Origin: Candidatus Binatia bacterium
GTDB taxonomy: Bacteria > Desulfobacterota > Binatia > UBA9968 > CAXXLF01
DNA length: 64,000 nucleotides
Direction: 5' to 3'
Assembly: GCA_963664015.2 (NCBI GenBank)
Contig: CAXXLF010000001.1
Location: 832,001 to 896,000, forward strand
Positions 10,852-20,900 of the stretch are shown here, piece by piece. Each line of letters begins with the position of its first letter. Within the stretch, counting starts at the first letter, position 1. The position numbers and the translations under genes are program-made. Under the pieces are notes generated by a model that was not told the DNA's origin, did no database searches, and worked only from the letters and a program-made list of their open reading frames with translations.

Positions 10852-13261
10852 ATATGTGGGCCAATCGACGAGAAGCAAAGAGGGTCCGCGCCATGTCTCG
10901 GGTGCTAGTTTTTTCACCGATGAAGTGAGACTTGCCGGGATGCTTCACGCGGTGATCCTAAGAAGTCCTCACGCCCACGCGCGCATTCTCAATGTGAATA
11001 CCGATGCGGCCCTTCGGGCTCCAGGAGTCATCGCCGCTTTTACTCCCCAAGAACTCAAGGAAAAGACAAAACCATTCAGACCGGGACGCTATTCAGCGGG
11101 CTTGGCGAGGCCCATTCAAGAGTACGCGGGGGCTATTAATAAGGTACGCTACTTTGGTGAGCCCGTGGCGGCGGTTGCCGCGCGAAGTCGTGCCGAGGCC
11201 GAAGATGCCCTTGAACTGATTGAAGCGGAATACGAACCGCTTTCTCCCGTGATCGAGACATCGGACGCCCTTCGACCGGACTCGCCACCCATTTTCGAAG
11301 AACTGGGCTCCAACAGGGCCTGGACAGGCACCCTGACCTACGGTGACATCGAGGGCGCCTTTAAACAGGCGGACAGGATCGTCGCAGAGAAGCTTAAGAT
11401 TCATCGCTACAGCTCCACACCCCTCGAGCCCTTGGCCTGTGTGGCTTCTTTTGACGCAGCGAGCAAAAAACTAACCGTTTGGGTCAACGCCCAGGTCCCG
11501 GACAACATTTACGACGCTCTCAGGGACGCCTTTGGGCTGGATGATGTCCGCGTGATCATTCCGGACATCGGTGGAGGTTTTGGGCAAAAAATCCATTTGA
11601 TCAAAAACTACGCTGTCCTCACCAGTTTCCTCGCTATCAAGAGTCATCGCCCGGTCAAGTGGATTGAAGACCGGACCGAGCACATGATGGCTGCGGGCCA
11701 TTCCTGCCAACAGGAGTTTGAGGTTGAAGCCGCCGTCAAAAAGGACGGGACGGTTTTGGGACTCAAGTTCAAAGAGTACGATGACGTTGGAGGATCCGTC
11801 AGCACGCTCACAATTCACTTCACGAATAAGCTGAACAACCTCACCAACACCTATAAGGTGAAGGCCATTTCGATGGAGGGTAACTCCCTTATCACAAATA
11901 AATGTCCCGTGATTCCTAACAGAGGCATTGGCAAGCCGGCCATGTGCTTTGTGTGGGAGAGAATGATGGACAAGATTGCCGAAGAGCTGAATATGAGCCT
12001 CATTGAGGTCCGTTCGGTCAACCTGGTTCAAGCTTCCGAAATGCCATACGAAACCCCCAATGGAAATATTTATGATAGTGGCGACTACCCGGGTCTCCTG
12101 AAGCGACTGCTAGAGAAGATCGATTACGACGGCTTAAAGAAAGAGCAATCAGAGAAACGGAAGGAAGGACGACATTTGGGGATTGGTGTGGTCATCGGCG
12201 TGGAGCCGGGCGGCAGAAATGCAGCGCGCGACATGGCGGTCTTTCCCGAAATGAAACAAGTCCCAGGAGCCGGTGGAGTGAATGGCGCAACCGTCAAACT
12301 GGAAAAAAACGGCACCGTCGCTCTCTTTTTGGGATCACCCAACTGCGGTCAGTCTCATGAAACCACTAGTGCTCAGGTGACTGCAGACATCCTCGGGATC
12401 TCGCCTGACCGCATCAGCGTGACCACGCCTTTCGACAGTGATCTGGCTCCTTGGGGCGTCTCAGCAGCAAACAGCGGCAACAACTTCCATCTTTACGACA
12501 TCGGGGCTATCCATGGCGCTGCACATAAACTCAGGGAAAAGATTCTAACCCTTGCTGGGAACGTGCTTGCCACGACTCCGGAAAATCTCACCATAGAGGA
12601 TGGAGTTGTATTTGCAACTGATTCAACAGCAAAAAAAATAACCCTGACCGACTTGGGGCGACTGGCCTATAGCAACCAATCGGTGATGCCGACCGGACTC
12701 GAGGGAGGGTTACACACCACCTTTTATTACACCTACCCCCATGCACAACCCTATTTGACACCGGACGTAAACCGCAAAGTGCGAGCCCAATTTTCCTTCT
12801 CTGCGGCAGCCCACGGGGCCGTGGTGGAGATCGATACGACGACCGGGGAGGTCAAAGTCCTACGCTACGTGATCGTCAGCGACAACGGAACTATCATTAA
12901 CCCTGACGTGGTCGATGGCCAGGCCTACGGCTCGGCGGCCCATGGGATCTCCGTAGCCCTTGGTGAAGGTTTTGTGTATAGCTCGGACGGTCAGCTCCTA
13001 ACCGTAACCCTTACCGATTATGGCAAGTCCTCCGCATTGGAGACACCCAAGTTCGAGTTAGAGCACTACCCGGTACCCTCTCCGTTCAGCGCTCTGGGAC
13101 AAAAAGCAGCTGGCGAAGGGGCAGCCATACCTTCACCTGCCGCTATAGCTAGTGCCGTGGAGGACGCCTTGAAACCTATGGGGGTCAAGGTAAGGGAATT
13201 ACCATTGTCCCCCGAATCAGTCTGGCGCCTCATTCAAGATGCGAAAAGGAACTCGACATGA
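10844..13261 (+). CDS. xanthine dehydrogenase-family molybdopterin-binding large subunit (CoxL-like)
   Basis: RSPHAHARI, GGGFGQK, KWIEDRTE, YDSGDY, GQSHET, KAAGEG. Confidence 0.93.
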   Translation: MAKYVGQSTRSKEGPRHVSGASFFTDEVRLAGMLHAVILRSPHAHARILNVNTDAALRAPGVIAAFTPQELKEKTKPFRPGRYSAGLARPIQEYAGAINKVRYFGEPVAAVAARSRAEAEDALELIEAEYEPLSPVIETSDALRPDSPPIFEELGSNRAWTGTLTYGDIEGAFKQADRIVAEKLKIHRYSSTPLEPLACVASFDAASKKLTVWVNAQVPDNIYDALRDAFGLDDVRVIIPDIGGGFGQKIHLIKNYAVLTSFLAIKSHRPVKWIEDRTEHMMAAGHSCQQEFEVEAAVKKDGTVLGLKFKEYDDVGGSVSTLTIHFTNKLNNLTNTYKVKAISMEGNSLITNKCPVIPNRGIGKPAMCFVWERMMDKIAEELNMSLIEVRSVNLVQASEMPYETPNGNIYDSGDYPGLLKRLLEKIDYDGLKKEQSEKRKEGRHLGIGVVIGVEPGGRNAARDMAVFPEMKQVPGAGGVNGATVKLEKNGTVALFLGSPNCGQSHETTSAQVTADILGISPDRISVTTPFDSDLAPWGVSAANSGNNFHLYDIGAIHGAAHKLREKILTLAGNVLATTPENLTIEDGVVFATDSTAKKITLTDLGRLAYSNQSVMPTGLEGGLHTTFYYTYPHAQPYLTPDVNRKVRAQFSFSAAAHGAVVEIDTTTGEVKVLRYVIVSDNGTIINPDVVDGQAYGSAAHGISVALGEGFVYSSDGQLLTVTLTDYGKSSALETPKFELEHYPVPSPFSALGQKAAGEGAAIPSPAAIASAVEDALKPMGVKVRELPLSPESVWRLIQDAKRNST

Positions 13262-14118
13262 TTCCATGCGCCTTTGATTATGAGGCTCCAACTTCTCTGG
13301 AAGAAGCCCTCTCGCTCCTTTCCACCCGTGGTCACGAAGCGAAACTCCTCGCCGGCGGCCAGAGTCTCCTGCCCTTGATGAAACTACGCTTTGCCCGGCC
13401 TCGGATCGTTATCGACCTGGGTGGTATATCCGGGTTGCGGGGTATTCGCCGTGACGGAGATCAGATCGCCATCGGGGCCTTGACGAGCTACAGCGAAATC
13501 GTTGAATCGGAACTCCTGCGCTCCCACTGTGCACTGCTCCCCCAAACGGCAGTCACAGTCGGCGATGTTCAGGTCCGTAATCAGGGTACCCTCGGCGGGG
13601 CCTTGGCCCACGCGGATCCGGCCGCTGATATGCCAGCGGCGATCGCAGCCCTGGACGCTAACCTCAAAATCGTCGGCCCAAAGGGGGAGAGAATCGTCAA
13701 GGCTCATGATTTTTTTGTCGCGATGCTGACCACCAACCTTGCCCGCGATGAGATCCTAACCGAAATCCGGGTTCCCCGACTGGAACAAACGCGATGCACC
13801 TACGTGAAGGCTGCCAAGAGGGCTTCCGGCTTTGCCATCGTTGGCATAGCGGTGCGCCTTCGGACATCAGCTGATAGAGTCTGTGAGGAGATCGCCGTCG
13901 GCCTGACCGGGATCACCGACCGGCCGCACCGGGCCGAAACCGTGGAAAGCATGTTGAGGGGAAAGAGACTCGACCGGCAACTCATCGAGCAGGCCGCCCT
14001 TGAAGTAACCCGGGGGTTGGACGTGACCGCCGATATAAACGGCTCATCCGAATACCGCTCACACCTGACCCGTGTCCACATGGCTCGCGCCCTCCATGCG
14101 GTGAGCGGGGATACCTGA
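13258..14118 (+). CDS. xanthine dehydrogenase-family FAD-binding medium subunit (CoxM-like)
   Basis: AKLLAGGQSLLP, QVRNQGTLGG, ADPAAD. Confidence 0.95.
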   Translation: MIPCAFDYEAPTSLEEALSLLSTRGHEAKLLAGGQSLLPLMKLRFARPRIVIDLGGISGLRGIRRDGDQIAIGALTSYSEIVESELLRSHCALLPQTAVTVGDVQVRNQGTLGGALAHADPAADMPAAIAALDANLKIVGPKGERIVKAHDFFVAMLTTNLARDEILTEIRVPRLEQTRCTYVKAAKRASGFAIVGIAVRLRTSADRVCEEIAVGLTGITDRPHRAETVESMLRGKRLDRQLIEQAALEVTRGLDVTADINGSSEYRSHLTRVHMARALHAVSGDT

Positions 14119-14184
14119 TCAATCATTTGGAAGACAAAAGAAGGGGAAGGAGTCGACTTCGAGGTCTGGTCTAGATGGATCGAC

Positions 14185-14535
14185 CTATCGGTTGAGCTCC
14201 TCTTTAGCGTGCTGTATACGGATTTGAATAGCGCGCTTTCCGATTTCCGCCGCTTCCCGCAGCCGCTTCATATTCAATAAGAGGTGGGCATAACCCTCCA
14301 GAATCAACCCCACCTGGGGATGTTCCGCTCCCTGTTTTTTCTCTGAGATCTTCAAAGCACGCAGGTAAATGGGCTCAGCCTCACTACAACGGTTCTATGC
14401 GCGGTAAAGGTCGGCAAGGTTGCTGAGAACGAGGGCAACCTGAGGATGTTCGGCACCGAGGATCTTTTCAGTAATCTCGAGGGTCCGTAAATAAAACGGC
14501 TCCGACTCACTTCGGCTCCCTTGGGTCTTACTGGC
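14185..14535 (-). pseudogene. tetratricopeptide-repeat protein remnant (kinesin light chain-type repeats)
   Basis: own translation: ESEPFYLRTLEITEKILGAEHPQVALVLSNLADLYRA*NRCSEAEPIYLRALKISEKKQGAEHPQV; in-frame TAG at 14395-14397; no start found. Confidence 0.8.
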
Positions 14536-14934
14536 ACGAAAACTCCTCCCACCCCAAATAAGCACCCTTACAATTCAAGCACTTCGATAGTGTCCTCAGC
14601 ATCGGGACGATGACAAAAATCGCTAATGTGACATAGATTGAGACGATTCTAATGCATTGATACTGGCACTTGTGCGGTGGCGGTGAGCGACCGTTGACGG
14701 ACCTTTTGGGGAACCGTCCTTGACTTCGCCCATGGGACAGCCGACTCCAACTTCGGAAAAATCAACCTTGGAATAAAATGGAGGTGAGTCGTTGACAGGA
14801 GTCGCGGTCCCGACTATGAATGGTTTGACCTGGGCGCCCCATGGCCGTTAGCCCAGTGCATATCAGGCCATGGGACACGAAAATGGGCATTGCCGTAACG
14901 GTTATACCAGGAGCCGTAAGGAAGAAACCGAGCC

Positions 14935-15171
14935 ATGAGCGGCTCTCAGATATTGAATACTAAAATTCCCGTCAAATGGTCCAACTTCTGGAATAGCCAG
15001 AAAATGTTTCCCTTACTCGTCGACCCGGCCATTGATGAAGATTGTTTTACGTTTAACGATAATGAAGTCACCTTCTTCACCGATCCGCCCCCTCGGAAGA
15101 AAATCGCTACCGGCGCCTTATCGGGCAAAGGTCCTTCTGGGGTCTTCCTGAATCTGCTAGAAGAATTTTAA
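14935..15171 (+). CDS. small hypothetical protein
   Basis: 78-aa ORF with a purine-rich upstream region; no recognised motif. Confidence 0.4.
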   Translation: MSGSQILNTKIPVKWSNFWNSQKMFPLLVDPAIDEDCFTFNDNEVTFFTDPPPRKKIATGALSGKGPSGVFLNLLEEF

Positions 15172-15369
15172 CCAAAAAGAAACGCCCCGCCGATAGTTGA
15201 TTCTCAACCAGGCGTTCCCGCTCGCCATACGAGTCCAATCCACTGCAGGGCGTTATAAAGCCCTGTTTCCAAGGGCGACCCAGCTTGAGGTACAACACAA
15301 TACGGTATACAATCCGCCTCTGTTCTTTCCTATCAACACTAAATAAAGATTAAAGGAGGGATCCCATTC

Positions 15370-16134
15370 ATGGCCGTAGCAAACAAAGATTTCGATCAGC
15401 AGGTCGTCCTGATTTCCGGCGGAGCCATGGGGATTGGCCGGGCCACGGCGCAGCTCTTCGCAGAGCGCGGTGCCCAGATCGCCTTTTTTGATATCAGAGA
15501 AGCCGAGGGCCGGAATTTTATAGAGGAGCTTCAAGGCAAGGGGACCAAGGCCTCATTCTACCCATGCGACGTGACTCGCCGTACCGATGTGGAGCGCGGG
15601 GTCCAGGGGGCTCTCAAGGATTTTGGTCAGGTCGATGTTTTGGTTAATGTGGCAGGCGGATCCAAACTCACTCCCATCTGGGAGTTGACCGAAGAAGATT
15701 GGGACGCCCAGGTGAACCTGAACCTCAAGGCCGCCTTTCTGTGCGTTCGAACCGTGATCCCCCATATGATGGAGCGGCGCAAAGGCAGTATTGTCAGCTT
15801 ATCGTCCGGTCAAGGGGCTTCACCCGCGCCGGGGCGCGCTCCGTATTCGGCGGCCAAGGCTGGTATCATCGGTTTTACGCGGACAGTAGCTACCGAATTG
15901 GGCCCCTATGGGATTCGAGTCAACGCCGTGGCGCCGGGGGCCACAAAGACCGAGCGAACTCTAGCAGCCGAAGCCGCCACTGGCGAGATGGCGAAGCGTG
16001 TTGCTACCATTCCGTTGGGCCACATCGCCGAACCCAAGGACATCGGAAACGCAGTGGTCTTTCTGGCCAGTGAGCAGGCACGTCACATGACCGGTCAGGT
16101 CCTATTCGTTAACGGCGGAAATTTCATGCCCTGA
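15370..16134 (+). CDS. short-chain dehydrogenase/reductase (SDR)
   Basis: SGGAMGIG, NVAG, YSAAK, RVNAVAPG; AAGGAGG RBS. Confidence 0.95.
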   Translation: MAVANKDFDQQVVLISGGAMGIGRATAQLFAERGAQIAFFDIREAEGRNFIEELQGKGTKASFYPCDVTRRTDVERGVQGALKDFGQVDVLVNVAGGSKLTPIWELTEEDWDAQVNLNLKAAFLCVRTVIPHMMERRKGSIVSLSSGQGASPAPGRAPYSAAKAGIIGFTRTVATELGPYGIRVNAVAPGATKTERTLAAEAATGEMAKRVATIPLGHIAEPKDIGNAVVFLASEQARHMTGQVLFVNGGNFMP

Positions 16135-16155
16135 TGCAAGGACACCCTTGCCTTT

Positions 16156-17040
16156 CTAAATCACCCGCCTCCTTAAATAAGCGCTGAGGTAGTCTACGGC
16201 CGTTACCAGGACATACAGGGCAATCAGAAGGGTCAAGAGTTGATGGCCCCAAAAAAGGCTGATGGCAACGTGAATTCTCTGACCCAGCCCACCCGCCCCG
16301 ACAAACCCGAGCACCGCAGCGATGCGGATATTCACCTCCCAACGATAGAGAATGTAGGAGACAAACTGAGGCAGCACCTGGGGCAGAATGCCGTAAAACA
16401 GGATCTGCATTCGGGTGGCACCCATGGATTGAAGGGACTCGATGGGCTGAGGGTCGACGTCTTCCAGGACCTCCGCAAAGAGTTTACCCAAGACCCCTCC
16501 TGTATGCACCCCCAGGGCGAGTACCCCAGGGAAGGGGCCGAGGCCAACCAGAAAAACAAAGATCAACGCCCAGACCATTTCCGGGACCGTGCGCAGAAAG
16601 TTTAAAATCCCTTTTGCTATTAGGTAAGGGAACATACGCGCCAAACGCTTCCAGCGCCCAATTCCCTCCATCTCATAGAGCAAACCTGAATAAACCAGAT
16701 TTCTGGAGGCAAAGAAGACCAACAACAGGGCAATGACCGTGGCCATTAGAATCCCCACGAACGATATAGCGAAGGTCTCCATCGCGCCCACCGCGGCATC
16801 GACAAGCACCCCTTGGGACAGATCCGGCGGGAACAGCCCCTTGATGTAGACAAAGATCTGTCCGGCTCCATCCTGGCTAAACAATTGCCCAAGGCGGACT
16901 TCCGACCCTTGATAACTCCAAACGAATAACGCGGCGAGGAGCGCTAAAAAGAAATAAACTCGCAGCGATACCCCACGGGATACCCGATATTGATTCCACG
17001 GCTGATCCGTGTTGGTTGTCCTCAAGGGACCATTACTCAT
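16156..17040 (-). CDS. PhnE/PtxC-family ABC permease
   Basis: RTVPEMVWAL, GLGPFPGVLA, GKLFAE, YRWEVNIR..VLGFVGAGGLG. Confidence 0.92.
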   Translation of the reverse strand: MSNGPLRTTNTDQPWNQYRVSRGVSLRVYFFLALLAALFVWSYQGSEVRLGQLFSQDGAGQIFVYIKGLFPPDLSQGVLVDAAVGAMETFAISFVGILMATVIALLLVFFASRNLVYSGLLYEMEGIGRWKRLARMFPYLIAKGILNFLRTVPEMVWALIFVFLVGLGPFPGVLALGVHTGGVLGKLFAEVLEDVDPQPIESLQSMGATRMQILFYGILPQVLPQFVSYILYRWEVNIRIAAVLGFVGAGGLGQRIHVAISLFWGHQLLTLLIALYVLVTAVDYLSAYLRRRVI

Positions 17041-17876
17041 AAAAGACCCCGTATCTTGGCGCTGATGTAGTCTGCGGCTGAAACCAATATAAAAAGCATC
17101 CCCAAGAGCGTCAGCACTTCGTGAAAATTAAACATACGCATGGATATCTCAATCTGCTGGCCCAGTCCTCCCGCACCCACCAAACCTAAAATGGCTGATG
17201 TCCGCACCGCGCACTCCCATCGATAAAGGGTATAGGAAACAAAATTGGGCAGCACCTGAGGGAACCAGCCGTAGAAAAAGATCTGTAACTTGCCGGCACC
17301 TGTGGACTGGAGCGCCTCCAGCGGCCGGGTATTCACCGACTCAAAAATTTCCGCGTAGACCTTTCCCAGCATCCCTCCGTATGCCACCCCGATGGCGAGA
17401 ACGCCCGGAAAAGGTCCCAGACCGACAGCACGCACAAACATAAAGGCCCATACGAACTCGGGTATGCAACGGAACAGGCTGAGAACAGCGCGGGCAAGGG
17501 AGTAAATCGCTACCCTCAGGCTATAACGCCTTATGGAACCCTGAACATCAGCTTCATTGAGGACACCTCGAAAAAGCAACGTACTGGTGGCCAGGAGTCC
17601 TAGGGGAAATCCGATCACCACAGCAATCAGGGTCCCCATAACCGAAATCTGAACGGTTTCCATGGCAGGGCCGACCATGGTGGAGAGAAAGTCCCAGGAG
17701 AGTTCCGGTGGAAACATTCCGCTGACAAAACCCCAAAAATGCTCCCTTCCCTCTTTTTCAAAAAAGAATAGAAAATTGACTTCCGCCCGCCGCCAACTAT
17801 CCACTAGGGCAACGACAAAGAATATTCCGAAGATGTAGGGGAAATAAGAGGTTTGTCGTTTATCCAGCTCGACCAT
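17037..17876 (-). CDS. PhnE/PtxC-family ABC permease
   Basis: RCIPEFVWA, GKVYAE, YRWECAVR..ILGLVGAGGLG. Confidence 0.92.
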   Translation of the reverse strand: MVELDKRQTSYFPYIFGIFFVVALVDSWRRAEVNFLFFFEKEGREHFWGFVSGMFPPELSWDFLSTMVGPAMETVQISVMGTLIAVVIGFPLGLLATSTLLFRGVLNEADVQGSIRRYSLRVAIYSLARAVLSLFRCIPEFVWAFMFVRAVGLGPFPGVLAIGVAYGGMLGKVYAEIFESVNTRPLEALQSTGAGKLQIFFYGWFPQVLPNFVSYTLYRWECAVRTSAILGLVGAGGLGQQIEISMRMFNFHEVLTLLGMLFILVSAADYISAKIRGLL

Positions 17877-18035
17877 GTTTAATCCGGAGGCTTACGTAGG
17901 GAAGAGGTCCACGCCCTTGGAAAAGTTGCCCCATCAGGAACTGGGGATAGCCCTTCTTAGTACGGTCATAGACTCGGGGTCAATAATTCTCGAGGACGAA
18001 TATCCGATTAGCATCGAAAAACAGAGTATTGACCT

Positions 18036-18839
18036 TTAGCTACAAACGCGTGGGGTGTGCTTCCTGGTTAGAGATTCCTCTTGCCCGTTTTCGGGGAGAT
18101 GTCCCGAATAGAGTTCCTCTAGCAGATCGTCGCTCACCTGATCGGGGGCAAGATCGAAAAGGGGCTTTCCGTTTTTGATACCGATAATTCGGGGGAAGTA
18201 AGACAGGGCTAGTTCAATACCATGGAGATTGACCATGAGGGTCTTTTGCATGTTCTGACTGATTCCGATCAGCAATTTCACGATGCTCGAGGCCAGCGAC
18301 GGGTCCACTGAGGAAACCGGCTCGTCTGCAAGAATGACCTCCGGGTCCTGGACCAATACCCGGGCGATAGCCACTCTCTGCTGCTGTCCTCCGGAAAGTT
18401 CATCGGTCCGGCAAAAAATCTTGTCCTCTATACCGACATCCTTGAGCGCCTCATAGGCTCTCTCGATGTCCACTGGCCGGACAAGCGACGCAATAGAGCG
18501 AGCCAGGGACCAGCGGCCGAGCTGTCCGCACAGGACATTGTGGACCACCTTCAAACGCGGGACCAGATTGTGCTGTTGATAAATCGTCCCTATCTTGCGC
18601 CGAACCTCCCTGAGTCTCGAGCCGTGCAGATTCCCGGTTTCGTCCCCGTTGATCCAAAGCTGGCCCGATGAGGGGCGCAAGGTGCAGTTGAGCATGCGAA
18701 AGAGGGTGGTCTTACCTGCCCCGCTGGGACCGATCAAGGCCACCCTCTCCCCCTTCTTTACGTTTAGACTGATGTCGCTAACGGCAACTTGACGCTGGGC
18801 AAATTCCTTGGCGACACCTTCCAGGCGATACTGATACAT
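18036..18839 (-). CDS. PhnC-family ABC ATP-binding protein
   Basis: GPSGAGKTT, LSGGQQQRVAIAR, LADEPVSSVDP. Confidence 0.93.
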   Translation of the reverse strand: MYQYRLEGVAKEFAQRQVAVSDISLNVKKGERVALIGPSGAGKTTLFRMLNCTLRPSSGQLWINGDETGNLHGSRLREVRRKIGTIYQQHNLVPRLKVVHNVLCGQLGRWSLARSIASLVRPVDIERAYEALKDVGIEDKIFCRTDELSGGQQQRVAIARVLVQDPEVILADEPVSSVDPSLASSIVKLLIGISQNMQKTLMVNLHGIELALSYFPRIIGIKNGKPLFDLAPDQVSDDLLEELYSGHLPENGQEESLTRKHTPRVCS

Positions 18840-18854
18840 ATACCTAGCTCAATC

Positions 18855-19715
18855 TTAGTTGACTTTTAGCAACCCCGCTGAGATGGCTGCCTTCTCAATC
18901 CCCTCCCACTGAGAATCCTTGGCGGGGATATATCCCTTGGTCCTGTGTAGCTTGAGCAGCTTTTTATGAGCTGGCTTATTATCATCGAGCTTGAGAAAGG
19001 CCTTGGAGATCCTGTTGACTAAATTTTGATCGATCCCACCCCTGATGGTCCAAACGTAATCCACGTAGTCAGGAGTGGTCACAAAAACCTCAACTTTACT
19101 CGTGTCGACCTTCTTGGTCTTAACCAGCTTTTCCCAGACCAAATAGTTAAGGGCACCGGCATCGACTTTTCCCGCTTCCACCCATGCAGCCGTCGCGTCG
19201 TGGGCCCCACTGAAGGCAAACTTCGAAAAGTCCCTTTCCGGTTTGATTCCGGCCTGTTGCAAAAAGTACCGGGGCATCAAATGGCCCGACGTGGAACTGA
19301 CACTGCCAAAGGCAAAGGTCTTATCTTTGAGGTCCTTCAAAGATCGAATGCCGGATCCTTTACGGGCAATGAACTTGCTTTTGAACGTTGCGTCCTCTTT
19401 GCGCATGATGATTCGTTGGGCTCCCTTGGCTCGATACGCGGCCTGAACCGAGGTAAAACCACCATACCAGACCAGATCCAGCCGTTTGGCCGCGAGGCCT
19501 TCCACTGTCGCCGCGTAGTCCACCACGGGAACGAATTTGACGGGAATACCGATTTCTTTCGACAAATATTTGGCGAAAGGCTTATAGATGCGCAGGAGCT
19601 CCTGTGGGTTTTCATCGGGAATGGCGGAGACCCTGAGCTGCTTCAGTTCTTGAGCAGAGAGCGGTGCCGCGACAAGCAGCAGCGAAACAAGAAGCCAACT
19701 GATTCGTTTTTTCAT
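18855..19715 (-). CDS. PhnD-family substrate-binding protein, resembling the putative selenate ABC transporter SBP subfamily
   Basis: signal peptide, SAIPDE, DYAATVE, DLVWYGGFTSVQA, FGSVSSTSGHLMPRYFL, FSGAHDAT; subfamily call from recall, not from an HMM run. Confidence 0.85.
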   Translation of the reverse strand: MKKRISWLLVSLLLVAAPLSAQELKQLRVSAIPDENPQELLRIYKPFAKYLSKEIGIPVKFVPVVDYAATVEGLAAKRLDLVWYGGFTSVQAAYRAKGAQRIIMRKEDATFKSKFIARKGSGIRSLKDLKDKTFAFGSVSSTSGHLMPRYFLQQAGIKPERDFSKFAFSGAHDATAAWVEAGKVDAGALNYLVWEKLVKTKKVDTSKVEVFVTTPDYVDYVWTIRGGIDQNLVNRISKAFLKLDDNKPAHKKLLKLHRTKGYIPAKDSQWEGIEKAAISAGLLKVN

Positions 19716-19747
19716 TCTAACCTCCTGGGATTAATGAACCCACGACT

Positions 19748-19789
19748 TAACGATATATCGTTACTATATGTCAAATAGATTTTACCTAT
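19748..19789 (-). promoter_or_regulatory. transporter operon promoter with LysR-type box and 16-bp palindrome
   Basis: ATAG-N7-CTAT (T-N11-A) at 19775-19789 abutting minus-strand TTGACA (19769-19774); perfect palindrome TAACGATATATCGTTA at 19748-19763. Confidence 0.6.
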
Positions 19790-19856
19790 GGACGATGGAG
19801 CATTGCAGGTTGTTCCTATGAGGCCAAAAATCCAATCCGGCTCTGAGTGGATCCGT

Positions 19857-20771
19857 CTAGGGATGCTGCCTGAGAAAGTGCAGGAAGGCGTGGGACACGG
19901 GAGAAAGGGAGCGGTTCCGGTGATGAACCTGGTAAAAGTCGCGCTCCAGTTTGAGCCCTCGGATGGGCACGACCTTGAGGAGGCCGTCCTGAACCTCCCG
20001 TCGGATGGTCGTCCTGGACAGAATCGAAACCCCCATCCCGGCGATCAATGCCTCCTTAATGGCGGCCGTACTACCAAGCTCCATCGTTACATTGAGCAGT
20101 TTATTCGACGCATACCCTTTCCGTGACAGGAGATTCTGGAATGAACGCAGCGTCCCCGACCCACCCTCACGGGAGATAAACCTGCCCTGGTGTAAATCGT
20201 CCAGAGTGATGGAGCCACGGCGACACCAGCGATGCCCCTTGGCAACGGTAAGAACCATCTGATCCTTCCAGATTCGATGAAAGGTTAGTCTACGGTCCTC
20301 CCCCTTGAATCCTACGAATCCAAGTTCCACGCCGCCATCCAGGATATTTTCTACAATTTGTGCGGAATCGGCGATCCGTAAAACCGGCTTCACTTCAGGG
20401 AACTTTTCAGCAAATTCTCCCAACTTACCAGGCAAAATATACTCACCCGGAGTATTGCTACCGCCGACCAGGAGTTCCCCTCGAACCTTTCCCTGGAATC
20501 CGTCCACAGCGGCCAGGGTCTCCCTTTTTAATGTCAACAGGGCCTTCGCCCGTTCGAAAAGTATCTGTCCCAAAGCGGTCAGGGCTACTCCCCCCCCCGT
20601 CCGGCTCAATATTTTCTCTCCAAGGTTGTCTTCAAGTTCACGGATGTGAGCGCTTATCGTGGGCTGGCTTAAGGAGAGATGCCGTGCAGCAAGTGAAAAG
20701 CTACGTAGTTCCGCCACCCAATAGAAGAATTCGAGCTTTCGGAGGTCTATATTATCTTTGATCTTGGCCAT
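19857..20771 (-). CDS. LysR-family regulator (CysL-like / selenium metabolism-associated type)
   Basis: SFSLAARHLSLSQPTISAHIRELE HTH; GGSNTPGEYILP, REGGSGT, LGSTAAIKEA. Confidence 0.9.
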   Translation of the reverse strand: MAKIKDNIDLRKLEFFYWVAELRSFSLAARHLSLSQPTISAHIRELEDNLGEKILSRTGGGVALTALGQILFERAKALLTLKRETLAAVDGFQGKVRGELLVGGSNTPGEYILPGKLGEFAEKFPEVKPVLRIADSAQIVENILDGGVELGFVGFKGEDRRLTFHRIWKDQMVLTVAKGHRWCRRGSITLDDLHQGRFISREGGSGTLRSFQNLLSRKGYASNKLLNVTMELGSTAAIKEALIAGMGVSILSRTTIRREVQDGLLKVVPIRGLKLERDFYQVHHRNRSLSPVSHAFLHFLRQHP

Positions 20772-20900
20772 GGATTGATAATCTTATCATACCCCTAAAT
20801 CGTCCGACATGGGCAATTAACGATTACGTATCAAAACGTCCCGCCCCCCGTACCGCTACCGATTGCCTTCCTAATACGAGGTAGATATATTTCATAAACC

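Noticed and set aside
10844-13261. Aerobic CO dehydrogenase (coxL)
   Set aside because: Lacks both AYxCSFR and AYRGAGR, and no cox accessory genes are adjacent.
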